From Chloroflexota bacterium (lineage in GTDB: Bacteria; Chloroflexota; Dehalococcoidia; Lucifugimonadales; UBA3495): a stretch of 64,000 nt of DNA. A model generated the notes under the pieces. It ran no database searches and was not told the DNA's origin. It was given only the letters and a program-made list of their open reading frames with translations. The stretch is taken from contig JAQBVF010000013.1 in assembly GCA_027623675.1 (NCBI GenBank), positions 1 through 64,000 on the forward strand. Direction: 5' to 3'. Positions 1 through 8,777 of this stretch are shown piece after piece. A program made the position numbers and the translations under genes. The first letter of the stretch is position 1. Each line of letters begins with the position of its first letter.

Positions 1-518
1 TGGATACGCCTTCACATAGCACGCATCGCTGTGAGGGAGATCCATGGCCAAGTAGTGGGCTTTCTGCTTCGCTCCACCGATGACCACCCAAGCTTCGCCG
101 AAGGCCGTCCTGAGCTTGCCGAAGGATCGGCCGGGGCGTGCCCTGGAGCATGTGCCAGCGGCACGAACATCTCTCGGGTCTGGCGACGACGCTCCCGGAC
201 GTAGTCCTTGACTATCGTGTACTTGCCCAGGAACCCGTGCTCATCTGTAAGGCGGTCAAAGATACGCCTGGCCGTGTGACGCTGCTTCTTCGGAAGCGAC
301 TGATCGTCCTCCAAGATACGGTCGATCACTCCCTTGTACGGGTCGAGCTTCGGTCGACGGGGTGGTTGTTCCCTCCGGTACCCGGGAGGCACGGAGTACT
401 CCAGCATCTTGTTGACCGTACTGCGGTGCAGATCGAACATCCGGGCCGCCTCCCGGATGCTCATCCCTTCAACGAAGTGGGCCCGACGAACTCTCCGGTA
501 CAGATCCACGATGTACAT
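1..518 (-). pseudogene. istA: IS21 transposase IstA, N-terminal part, frameshifted by a 23-bp insertion at 103-125
   Basis: MYIVDLYRRVRR..GMSIREAAR HTH, PKKQRHTARRIF and EMFVPLAHAPG are typical of IstA. The continuation FGEAWVVIGG..HYLAMDLPHSDACYVKAYP is in another frame, and deleting 103-125 restores ..AD-FGEA.. Confidence 0.88.
103..125. repeat. 23-bp REP-like insertion (GGCCGTCCTGAGCTTGCCGAAGG) within istA
   Basis: GCCGAAGG occurs at 97-104 and 118-125. The core resembles the CCTGAGCTTGTCGAAGG-type short interspersed repeat (recalled, not searched). Confidence 0.6.
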
Positions 519-617
519 CCCTTCAGCCTCCCACCCAATGCTTACTCTTAGCATAGGGAGAAGGCTTGGGGCGGTACAATTTTAAACCGCCGCTACCGCC
601 GCGGCTCTACCGCCTCT

Positions 618-1187
618 GTGGCACATTATTACTCCGCCGTTTACAGCCTGAAGGCGGCGATCGCGCCGCACACCAGGCGATACCTTCGGCAGAACTGGCT
701 GGAGGTCCTGATTGTGGTTGTGCCCTTCTTTCGGCCGCTCCGCCTGTTTCGGATTCTACTTTTCGGGTCCCGATTTTTCGTTGGGTTCCGGAGAGCGGTG
801 CAGGTCGATTTCCTAGTGGTCTACGCTGTCGGCATGGTCATGATTGGCGCCACGGCGGTCTTGACCATGGAGCAGGGTCATTCGGAGGCGACGATCACCA
901 CCTTCCCGGGCGCACTCTGGTGGGCGGTGGTCACGGTGACAACCGTAGGTTACGGAGACCTGGTCCCCATTACCGCTGGGGGCCGGATCATCGCTTTCTT
1001 CTTGATGTTGGGCGGGATCGCGTTCTTCTCGGGGATCACCGCCAATCTGGCTTCGGCGCTGGTGGGGTCCGGCCATTCCCAAGATGCCGCATTGAGTCAA
1101 CTGAGGCAGGAAATTCAGGCTATGAGAGCGGAGATTGCCAGCTTACGCAGCGGCCCGCCGGTTGACGCGGGAAATGACCAGGCGTGA
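618..1187 (+). CDS. voltage-gated-type potassium channel, 5'-truncated by IS21 (native sequence begins at 646)
   Basis: S4-like RPLRLFRIL, pore helix ALWWAVVTVTTVGYGD, S6 and a C-terminal coiled coil are present. The first 9 codons derive from the IS end. Confidence 0.85.
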   Translation: MAHYYSAVYSLKAAIAPHTRRYLRQNWLEVLIVVVPFFRPLRLFRILLFGSRFFVGFRRAVQVDFLVVYAVGMVMIGATAVLTMEQGHSEATITTFPGALWWAVVTVTTVGYGDLVPITAGGRIIAFFLMLGGIAFFSGITANLASALVGSGHSQDAALSQLRQEIQAMRAEIASLRSGPPVDAGNDQA

Positions 1188-1198
1188 GTATGCTGGGG

Positions 1199-2095
1199 CT
1201 AGACGTTGCGCTGTTTGGGGTCTAGGCGCTCCCGCAACCAGTCTCCGCATAGATTGAAGGCCAGCACCACCAGCATTATGGCGATGCCGGGCGCGGTGGT
1301 GACCCACCAGGCGGTGGAAACGTACTCTCTTCCCTCGGCCAGCATGCCGCCCCAGGCTGGCGTGGGGGGTGGAATCCCAGCGCCCAGGAAGCTCAATGAT
1401 GCTTCAACGATGATAACCCAGCCCACCTGTAGCGTGAGCAGAACGATCAGGGTCGGCATCACGTTGGGTAGGAGATGCCGCATCATGATCCGCCAGTCGG
1501 AAGCGCCGGAAACCCTGGCCCGGGCGATGAAGTCGCGCTGCATCAGGCCGAGAACCTCGCCTCGAATGACCCGGGCGTAACGGGCCCAGAGCACCAGAGC
1601 GATGGCCACGATGACGTTCATCATGCTGGGGCCTAGAACCATCACCAACAAGATGGCAAATAGGATCAACGGGAAGGCCAAGGTGATATCGGCGAGCCGC
1701 ATCAAGATGGTGTCGATCTTGCCGCCGTAATACCCGGCGGTCAGCCCGATCAAGGTCCCGAAACCACCGCCGATCGCCAACGCGGCGCCGGCGATGATGA
1801 TTGAGACCCTGGCCCCGTATATGATCCGAGTGAGTACGTCCCGGCCAAGGGGGTCGGTTCCCAACGGATGGGACCACGATCCCCCGTCTTGCCAGAACGG
1901 GGGAATCAGCCGATCGGGAAGTCTGACCTGATAGGCGTCATGAAACGTGACCACGTCCGCCAGGACCGCCGCTAGAACGAACACCACGATTATGGACAAC
2001 GGTATGAGAGGAGCCGCCCTTAAGGCAGCATAAATCTTGGGCCATCGACTGGCCTTTACCGGTTGAATCGCTGCGGTTTCAATCGCTTTGGCCAT
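1199..2095 (-). CDS. peptide/nickel ABC transporter permease (DppC/OppC-like)
   Basis: HPLGTDPLGRDVLTRIIYGARVS, EAA-like loop FIARARVSGAS, EASLSFLGAG..P.WG. Confidence 0.92.
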   Translation of the reverse strand: MAKAIETAAIQPVKASRWPKIYAALRAAPLIPLSIIVVFVLAAVLADVVTFHDAYQVRLPDRLIPPFWQDGGSWSHPLGTDPLGRDVLTRIIYGARVSIIIAGAALAIGGGFGTLIGLTAGYYGGKIDTILMRLADITLAFPLILFAILLVMVLGPSMMNVIVAIALVLWARYARVIRGEVLGLMQRDFIARARVSGASDWRIMMRHLLPNVMPTLIVLLTLQVGWVIIVEASLSFLGAGIPPPTPAWGGMLAEGREYVSTAWWVTTAPGIAIMLVVLAFNLCGDWLRERLDPKQRNV

Positions 2096-2097
2096 GA

Positions 2098-3015
2098 TTA
2101 CTGAAGCCTTATTCTGGGGTCCAGATATGCGTAGGCTATATCAACGACTAGGCTGCTGAATATGACGATTGCGGCTGAGATAAGTACGACAGCTTGGACT
2201 ACGGGGAAGTCCCTGAATACTATACCTTGGAACATCAACCGCCCCATTCCCGGCCAGGCAAACACCACCTCCACCAGGATTCCCAATGTGATCAAGATGG
2301 CGATGTAGATACCGCCCAGGGTGATCACACTGATTAGGGAGTTTCTGAGCGCGTGTTTCCAGACCACTTTGAATTCAGACAGGCCTTTGATCCTGGCCAG
2401 CTTGATGTATTCACTGTCCATCGCTTCCAGCAAGCTGGACCGCAGCAGCCTTTGAATGGCCGCCACCGTGAAGAAGCCCAACGCGAAAGCCGGCATGACG
2501 TAGTGGTCCAACCCGCCCATTCCGGAACTGGGCAGCCAACCTAACTTTACGGTGAAGAGCTGGATCATAAGGATGCCCAGCCAAAATACGGGAACCGCCT
2601 GACCCAATACCGCAAATCCAGTGGCTAGAGTATCGATCCAGGTGCCTTTGTAGACCGCCGATAGAACACCCAAGGGAATTGATATCAGCAACACGATCAC
2701 GGCCGCGGCCCCGACCAACTTTAGAGAGTTGGGAAGTCGTTCTTTGATCAGGTCGGAAACCGGGGTTTTGCTCCGGAGAGAGTCGCCGAAACTACCCTGA
2801 GCGTAGTCCCGGATAAACAATCCGTATTGGACGACCAATGGTTTATCCAGGCCCATGGAACGCTGAATGTCTTCCAGGGCATCCGCGCCGGCATCGGGCG
2901 GTAGCATCAGAAGCGCCGGGTCCCCGGTGAGGCGCACCATTAGGAAGATGATGATTGATAGTGCGAAGAGGGCCAGTACGGCCTCTCCGACGCGTCTCAC
3001 GATGTATCTTTGCAT
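2098..3015 (-). CDS. peptide/nickel ABC transporter permease (DppB/OppB-like)
   Basis: GDPA, GLDKPLVVQY, EYIKLARIKGL..HALRN, VEVVFAWPGMG, DPRIR. Confidence 0.92.
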   Translation of the reverse strand: MQRYIVRRVGEAVLALFALSIIIFLMVRLTGDPALLMLPPDAGADALEDIQRSMGLDKPLVVQYGLFIRDYAQGSFGDSLRSKTPVSDLIKERLPNSLKLVGAAAVIVLLISIPLGVLSAVYKGTWIDTLATGFAVLGQAVPVFWLGILMIQLFTVKLGWLPSSGMGGLDHYVMPAFALGFFTVAAIQRLLRSSLLEAMDSEYIKLARIKGLSEFKVVWKHALRNSLISVITLGGIYIAILITLGILVEVVFAWPGMGRLMFQGIVFRDFPVVQAVVLISAAIVIFSSLVVDIAYAYLDPRIRLQ

Positions 3016-3082
3016 TCTCTACCCTGGCCATCGGAGTACGGATGCATTCTTGGGACGGGGTTGAGGCGCCAATCCCGGGACC

Positions 3083-3118
3083 AGACCACCCTGGACGATA
3101 CTTGGTCCAGGGTGGTCT
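3083..3118 (-). terminator. 14-bp stem-loop after the SBP gene (terminator or mRNA stabiliser)
   Basis: AGACCACCCTGGAC 3083-3096 / GTCCAGGGTGGTCT 3105-3118 is a perfect inverted repeat. There is no clear U-tract. Confidence 0.6.
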
Positions 3119-3124
3119 TAAAGT

Positions 3125-4792
3125 TTAACGCTGGAACAGGTTGGTGAAGCCATCGTCCCAGACCCGCTTGCCCAGGTCCCAGGACTCAATCTTGTCGTTG
3201 GTGGCGTAGGAGATATTCATGTTGCAGCAAGTAAGCCCCGAGTATTGGGCGTGCATGTACTGGTAAAGCTCCACGCTGGCCGCTTCTACGTCGGCCGGAG
3301 CTATCTCCGTCTCCATTTTTACGATGAGGCGGTCGATCTCCGGGTCGTTGGTGGACGTGAATGTCCCTTCGGAGTGGTTGAGGACCCGCATCAACCCAAC
3401 GAAGCCCGCCAACGGCCGGTTGGGGGCCGCCAGGTAACCCATTCCGTTGTCCAGTGTGTGGGCCAGTCGTTCTTGGCGGTAGGAAGCGTATTCGGTGGGG
3501 ATGATCTTCACGTTGACGCCGATATCGGTCAGATACGCGCCGACGGCCTCAATGAACCGTGGTCCTTCGGGAACGTCAGCCCTGGGGTATGACCGAATAC
3601 CTATTTCTTCCCCGTTGTAATCCGAAGCGTCCAGCAGCCGTTTGGCTTCAACCGGATCGAACGGATAGGCCTTCAGGGAATTGTCGGTGCCAGGGGCGAC
3701 GTCCGGCCAGGGATAGACCGCGGCGGGTGTGCATTGCCCAGCGAAAACGAATTCGCAGATCTCTTCACGGTTGATGGCCAGGTTAAAGGCCTTTCTGACA
3801 TTTATGTCCTTCCAGACCGAATTATCCCGCCATTGTTCATGAAAGTAGAGGCCGTTTACGCTGGCCCCTTCCTTGCTGAATATGTTGAGGCCGTCTTTCT
3901 TCAACTGAGGCGCCCGTTCGCGGGAGACGGAGATAACGTCAACCTCGCCGGCCTTGAGGGCTGCTATCCGGGTGCTCTCTTCCGGGATGATGCGCCAGAG
4001 GACGGTCTTGAACTTGGGGGCGCCGTCTCTCCAGTGATCATCCAAGGCTTCCATTTCCATGAAGTCGCCCTTCCGTTGGCCAACCCACTTGTAGGGGCCG
4101 CTGCCAACGGGGCTCTTGGCGAATTCATCGTTGCCAACCGACTCTGTGTAGTTCTTGGGTTGAATCAAGCCCTCAACACCTTGGATGTCGGATATGGCCC
4201 AGTTCAGGAACGCTGAAGGCTGAGAAGTGTCGATCACCAACTCCGTTGGCGATACTACGGTGATGCTGTCTTGGTCGGCGATACTGGCTTTGACAACGCC
4301 TTTATACGAGGTTATCGAGTCCTCGCTGGTTACCAAACCTATCGAGAATTTGACGTCTTCAGCGGTGAGCGGATCGCCGTTGTGGAACTTGATGTTGTCC
4401 CGCAGAGTGAAGGTCCACTTTCTTGCGTCGGGGCTCATGCTCCACTCTTTGGCCGCGCCGGAAGTTTTGTCCACTTCGCCGGCATCGTTGGTGCCGGTTA
4501 GCGGATCAAAGAGGAAACGCATGTAGGCTTTTCCAAAGGCGAATTCCTGCCACACGCTCGGGGTCTCGTTCCCCATGTCGGTTATGGCGATGGTCAGTTT
4601 GCCCTCAGGTTTGGCGGCTGCCGGGACGGATGTGGCGGCAGCGGTGGCAACCGGCACTCCGGTGGCCGTTGACCCGCCACTCGGGGCTTCGGTGGATTCG
4701 GAAGACGAGCCGCAGGCCACTGCCACGATAAGCATCGTCGCGGTGAGCACTGCGATGAGAAACGGAACGCGCAACATTCGGTGCCTAGCCAT
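3125..4792 (-). CDS. ABC transporter substrate-binding lipoprotein, family 5 (peptide/nickel)
   Basis: Lipobox VAVAC, WTFTLRDNIKFHNGDPLTAEDVKFS, PVGSGPY, VRKAFNLAINRE. Confidence 0.92.
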   Translation of the reverse strand: MARHRMLRVPFLIAVLTATMLIVAVACGSSSESTEAPSGGSTATGVPVATAAATSVPAAAKPEGKLTIAITDMGNETPSVWQEFAFGKAYMRFLFDPLTGTNDAGEVDKTSGAAKEWSMSPDARKWTFTLRDNIKFHNGDPLTAEDVKFSIGLVTSEDSITSYKGVVKASIADQDSITVVSPTELVIDTSQPSAFLNWAISDIQGVEGLIQPKNYTESVGNDEFAKSPVGSGPYKWVGQRKGDFMEMEALDDHWRDGAPKFKTVLWRIIPEESTRIAALKAGEVDVISVSRERAPQLKKDGLNIFSKEGASVNGLYFHEQWRDNSVWKDINVRKAFNLAINREEICEFVFAGQCTPAAVYPWPDVAPGTDNSLKAYPFDPVEAKRLLDASDYNGEEIGIRSYPRADVPEGPRFIEAVGAYLTDIGVNVKIIPTEYASYRQERLAHTLDNGMGYLAAPNRPLAGFVGLMRVLNHSEGTFTSTNDPEIDRLIVKMETEIAPADVEAASVELYQYMHAQYSGLTCCNMNISYATNDKIESWDLGKRVWDDGFTNLFQR

Positions 4793-4898
4793 TTTCCCTC
4801 CTCAACTTGCTACTGTTTGCCGACGGTCCCATCGTTATGAAACGTGTAATAGGACCCCATACTGACCTTGGATGACTGATTCCAAGCTGGTTTCGGGC

Positions 4899-4927
4899 AG
4901 AATAAGCGACAGACGAAATTAAGTCAA
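4899..4927 (-). promoter_or_regulatory. sigma70-type promoter of the ABC operon
   Basis: Minus strand TTGACT-N17-TATTCT. Confidence 0.55.
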
Positions 4928-5098
4928 CAGATTCCGGTTAGCTGTTTCCCTTTGGTTTTCCCCTGGTTTTTCCTCAGGGATTTCCTATGTAACCGAACCA
5001 TGTTCGGGCCTACCCGGTCGCTGAAAATGCTGGGAGGTGGCGGTAAAAATGGCTATTTCAGCAGGGTTCGAGCCACGCTGGGGAGTGGCACTGACGAA

Positions 5099-5131
5099 GA
5101 GAAGGCGCGCCCCAACGAGGCGCGCCTTCTC
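5099..5131 (-). terminator. GC-rich hairpin downstream of the OsmC-like gene
   Basis: GAGAAGGCGCGCC 5099-5111 / GGCGCGCCTTCTC 5119-5131. Confidence 0.6.
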
Positions 5132-5160
5132 CAGAAAAACTGTGGCGGAACGGTTGGTGG

Positions 5161-5661
5161 CTAATCCAGGCTGAAAGCCTTACCGTTCAGCGTCAACGTC
5201 TCTTCGAACGGGGTTGGGTTGGCCACGGCGGCCCTCACCCAGCAGCCGTTCTTAGCGTTCCGCAGCATGGCGGCTACACGTTGCGGGTCGTCGGGCGACT
5301 CGATCTCGTAGCTGGTCTCCACCTTGGGCGCTCCGGCCCGAATGGTGCCCGCTAGTACCGACCCGGCGATATCGAAATGGACCCTCGCTTCGGCGCGGAC
5401 CTTGGTGATGTTCACCTTCATTAATTGAGAGTACCTCTCAATCTGAGTCATCTCTCAAAACAGGATCGATGCGGCGAAATAATGCAACGGCGCCGGGGCG
5501 GAGGAGTGACCTCCGATGGACTCAGGCTCATCGCACATGATCTCGTGGCCTCTGACCTTGGCCCGGCGCAGCATGTTGCCAAGATCATCCACTTCACATT
5601 CGATGACCATGGCCCGGTGGCTGCCCCCCTCGGGAAACGGATCGTAGTTGGGCGTAGTCAT
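5161..5661 (-). CDS. OsmC/Ohr-family protein, 166 aa, probable selenoprotein (Sec at codon 69, TGA 5457-5455)
   Basis: The two track ORFs (5455-5661 and 5161-5451) are in frame: ..DEPESIGGHSSAPAPLHYFAASILF-TGA-EMTQ.. The TGA sits at the first catalytic Cys position and the second Cys is in NAKNGCW. A SECIS-like hairpin follows. Confidence 0.85.
5424..5442 (-). promoter_or_regulatory. candidate bacterial SECIS element
   Basis: mRNA AUUGAGAG-GUA-CUCUCAAU forms a perfect 8-bp stem starting 12 nt after the UGA, with G first in the apical loop. Confidence 0.7.
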
Positions 5662-5891
5662 GTTTTACCCCTTTGCAATAAGTTAATTTCCGTTCATGGC
5701 GGGGACATGTTAATGCCAAACGTTGGGGGATGCTACCAGGCGGACGCCGGGTTGCTGCCGCAGTTTAGGAAACTCGGCGAATATCCTGGCTCGGGGGAGG
5801 CCCGTCAAGATCGGGGGGCCTGATGCGTGGATCGATACTTAGAGGGATGCCGGGGACAGAAGGGAACGGCGTCAGGTCGTGCGTAGCGGAA

Positions 5892-6590
5892 TCAGACCGT
5901 ATACCGCTGCAGGTTTCCGGTGCGCAGCCCGGTCACGGGGTGGAACTTCTTGGAGTGCAGGGCTTTCAGGAATTCGGCCTCGTTCTTAACCTCGTCTTGG
6001 AACTCGGTCAGGAACTTGCCCAGCCCGTGGACCGAGTGAGCATCGCTGCCCCCGGTTACGGGCATCTTGAGAAGCCCGGCGACCTCCATGGCGAAGTCGT
6101 TCTCCCGGTCGATGGTGCCGCCGTTTGCCACCTCCACCGCATCCGCCAACTTGAACACGGGGTGTTCCAGGGCGTCATGCGGAGTCTCGGGAAGATCGTC
6201 GGGCACCGCCTGGTAGATGAGGGCGCGGCTCCGGTTGCCGTTGCTGCTGAGCACGCCCCGGAAGGGATGGGCCGAAACGACGAACCCGCCGGCCGCGGTG
6301 GCTGCTTTCCGCAGTTGCGCGGCCTTGTTGAAACCCGCCTGGTATTGGTCCATGCCGAAGGCCAGCATGTGGCCCATGTCGGTCTCAACTTCCATGGCGC
6401 GGATCAGCACCACGTTATGCAGGGCAGCGAATCGTTTGAACTCGTGGCGGTCCCAGGGGCCGGAGTGTTCGGTCAGGCAGAGGCCGCGCAGACCCAGCCG
6501 GTCGGCTTCCAGGATCAGGTCTTCGGGGGTCAGGCTGCTGTCGCTGCTGCCTTTGGTCGTGTGTATGTGGAGGTCGAATAATCGGGCCAT
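5892..6590 (-). CDS. PHP-domain metal-dependent phosphoesterase
   Basis: DLHIHT, TEH, AHP and GGSDAH motifs. Start placed at ATG 6590 because the upstream extension is heptamer repeat. Confidence 0.88.
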   Translation of the reverse strand: MARLFDLHIHTTKGSSDSSLTPEDLILEADRLGLRGLCLTEHSGPWDRHEFKRFAALHNVVLIRAMEVETDMGHMLAFGMDQYQAGFNKAAQLRKAATAAGGFVVSAHPFRGVLSSNGNRSRALIYQAVPDDLPETPHDALEHPVFKLADAVEVANGGTIDRENDFAMEVAGLLKMPVTGGSDAHSVHGLGKFLTEFQDEVKNEAEFLKALHSKKFHPVTGLRTGNLQRYTV

Positions 6591-6604
6591 TGGTAGCGGT
6601 TCGC

Positions 6605-6639
6605 TCTCTGCTTTCAGCGGTCTGCCCTCAGCCATCAGC
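6605..6639. repeat. five tandem degenerate 7-mers (NNTC[A/T]GC)
   Basis: TCTCTGC TTTCAGC GGTCTGC CCTCAGC CATCAGC. Confidence 0.6.
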
Positions 6640-6710
6640 TGTCGGCAAGCCGCGATTGTGGTTGTTCCAGTCTAGCCAGGGTTACGGATTTCGTCAACGA
6701 CAGGGAAGAG

Positions 6711-7202
6711 CTAGACTCGCGGGTATATTGTCGCTTTCGCCAGTTCGGGGAAGTTTTCGATGGGTAGCGTTTCGCCGGTTTCCTCGAAATGGGTCACCAG
6801 TTGGCGTATGTCGTCGGGCACCCGCTTGGTCGCCTCGGTCGCGGCGTCGTAGCCCACGTAGACCGTCTCGATGGAGGTCAACAACCGGTCGCTGCCTTCG
6901 GGGTATATCTCCAGATGCAGCGTCAGGCTGGTGTTGCCGATGTTGGAGACGCGGACGTATAGGTCGATGATCTCGTCCACGCGCGCTGGGGCCTTGAACT
7001 CCAGGGTGGTTTTAACCACGGCGAAATCGAAGTAGCCGCTCTTGGGGATGATGTAGATGGCAAATCCCAGGTTCCGGTAATACTCGGCCTGGCCGATCTC
7101 CAAGTAGCCCAGATACGCTCCGTTGTAGACGATGCCCTGGGCGTCGCACTCCATCCACCTCACGCGCACCGAAGTTTTGAATCTAAAGTCTTGTTTTGGC
7201 AT
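6711..7202 (-). CDS. acyl-CoA thioesterase, 4HBT/YbgC hot-dog family
   Basis: VRVRWMECDAQGIVYNGAYLGYLE motif; start MPKQDF at 7202. Confidence 0.88.
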   Translation of the reverse strand: MPKQDFRFKTSVRVRWMECDAQGIVYNGAYLGYLEIGQAEYYRNLGFAIYIIPKSGYFDFAVVKTTLEFKAPARVDEIIDLYVRVSNIGNTSLTLHLEIYPEGSDRLLTSIETVYVGYDAATEATKRVPDDIRQLVTHFEETGETLPIENFPELAKATIYPRV

Positions 7203-7210
7203 GCTCGGTG

Positions 7211-7966
7211 TTAGGCTGATCCCGGGTCGTAACCCAGGGTTTCGAGGTATTTGAGATCGTCTTTGGTCAATCCGGCCGTGGCAAGCATGTCGGGGCGGCG
7301 TTCCAGTGTGCGGCGCAGCGACTGCTCGCGGCGCCATTTCTCGATGTTGGCGTGGTGACCCGAGAGAAGTATCTCTGGAGTTTCCATGCCGCGAAATTCC
7401 GCCGGCCGGGTGTATAAGGGATGCTGTAACAAGCCCGACGAGATGGAGTCCTCGGCCACGTTCTCCGGAGACCCGATCACGCCGGGCACCAGGCGCGAGA
7501 CGGCGTCGATCAGGGCCATGGCCGGCAGTTCCCCGCCGGTCAGCACAAAGTCGCCCAGACTGATCTCTCGGGTGGCCAGGTGCTCGGAAACCCGGTTGTC
7601 GATGCCGGCGTAATGGGCGCAGATCAGGGCCAAAGCCGGCGCTTGGGCCAGTTCCTCGACCAACTTCTGGGTCAGCATCACCCCCTGGGGCGTGAACAAG
7701 ATGATGGGTATGGCCTCGCGCTCGGCGTCGGAGTATTCGGCCAGTGCCGCTTCGGCAGCCTCGAACACCGGCTCCGGTTTCATCACCATGCCGTGCCCGC
7801 CGCCGAACTGGTAGTCGTCGGCGGTGTGATGCTGGTCATGGGCGTGATCGCGGATGTCGGTAACCGCGATGGAGACCAATCCCTTTTCGACGGCGCGGGC
7901 CAGCATGCTGTATTCCAGGTGGTCTTGGAAGGCGTTCGGGAACAGGGTTAGAACGTGAAAGCGCAT
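7211..7966 (-). CDS. trmD: tRNA (guanine37-N1)-methyltransferase
   Basis: MRFHVLTLFP, DDYQFGGGHGMVMKPEP, ISLGDFVLTGGE, YTRP, LLSGHHANIEKWR. Confidence 0.95.
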   Translation of the reverse strand: MRFHVLTLFPNAFQDHLEYSMLARAVEKGLVSIAVTDIRDHAHDQHHTADDYQFGGGHGMVMKPEPVFEAAEAALAEYSDAEREAIPIILFTPQGVMLTQKLVEELAQAPALALICAHYAGIDNRVSEHLATREISLGDFVLTGGELPAMALIDAVSRLVPGVIGSPENVAEDSISSGLLQHPLYTRPAEFRGMETPEILLSGHHANIEKWRREQSLRRTLERRPDMLATAGLTKDDLKYLETLGYDPGSA

Positions 7967-8081
7967 CGGTCAATGATACAAGAAACTATATTGAGGCATG
8001 TCCCGTACAATCGACTCGAATACATAACGGATTGAACCAAACACCACGCGGGTTAGGCGCTGAGACGGAGGAATGTAGTAT

Positions 8082-8777
8082 ATGTCGGGATATGGGTTGA
8101 CAGCAGATGAACTGGCGAACGTACTCAATTTTGAAGGGTACGGGAATAAATCCGCCCGTTACTGGTTCATTGGAATGGAGGAGGGCGGCGGTTCGATGGA
8201 CCAATTGACGACAAGGGTTCATACATTCGATCCACACGTCGAAGAGCTCGAATCGGCGATTATGAAGCTTGGCTTCGATATTAATCTATACGTTCCTACT
8301 TGGCGCGTAATGTCTAAGCTGATACTGGCAATGGATGGAGCCGACGAATGGTGGGAAACTGCCAGCGCCAAGAGATATCAGGCCGAAAAACTGGGTCGAT
8401 TCAAGGGGGACACATTTCTGGCAGATCTAATGCCTCTCCCGTGCCCTAGGCTGAACGAATGGCCTTATGAGGCTATCTATCCGACTAAAGCCGAGTACAT
8501 CAAGGCAGTGCGCCCAATGCGGATCGCAATGCTGCGCTCGGAATTATTAGAGATTCAGCCACCTTACGTTTTTTGTTACGGGAAGGGAAACTGGCGATTT
8601 TATAAGGAAATATTTGAAGGCGTTGAGTTCAAGTCTACGTTCGACGGCAAAATTCTCGTTGGCAGGCAAGGAACCAGCACGATTATCTTGTTATATTTTC
8701 TATCCCCATACTTGGTTAAAACCGAATTGATTGGTGAAATAGCTAAAAAATTTGGGATGGAAAAAGGCCGGCGTTAA
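8082..8777 (+). CDS. hypothetical protein, possibly uracil-DNA-glycosylase-like fold
   Basis: 231-aa ORF with a GGAGG RBS. GYGNKSARYWFIGMEEGGG resembles UDG motif A. It is AT-richer than its neighbours. Confidence 0.6.
   Translation: MSGYGLTADELANVLNFEGYGNKSARYWFIGMEEGGGSMDQLTTRVHTFDPHVEELESAIMKLGFDINLYVPTWRVMSKLILAMDGADEWWETASAKRYQAEKLGRFKGDTFLADLMPLPCPRLNEWPYEAIYPTKAEYIKAVRPMRIAMLRSELLEIQPPYVFCYGKGNWRFYKEIFEGVEFKSTFDGKILVGRQGTSTIILLYFLSPYLVKTELIGEIAKKFGMEKGRR

Larger units (their letters stand above)
1..645 (-). mobile_element. IS21-family insertion sequence, left end (continues beyond window start)
   Basis: On the minus strand the element starts TGTAAACGGCGGAGTAATAATGTGCCAC at 645 (TG terminus). 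Two related subterminal repeats lie at 618-638 and 571-591, followed by an IstA-like reading frame. Confidence 0.85.

Noticed and set aside
97..130. Programmed ribosomal frameshift in istA
   Set aside because: There is no slippery sequence, and the shift is fully explained by a discrete 23-bp insertion.
5040..5095. tRNA-like GGTTCGAGCC
   Set aside because: No acceptor stem, D-arm or anticodon arm can be built.
5455..5457. Nonsense mutation/pseudogene or alternative genetic code
   Set aside because: TGA terminates other genes here (e.g. nuoD), and this one coincides with the catalytic Cys position plus a SECIS-like stem, so Sec is more parsimonious. The alternative is not formally excluded.
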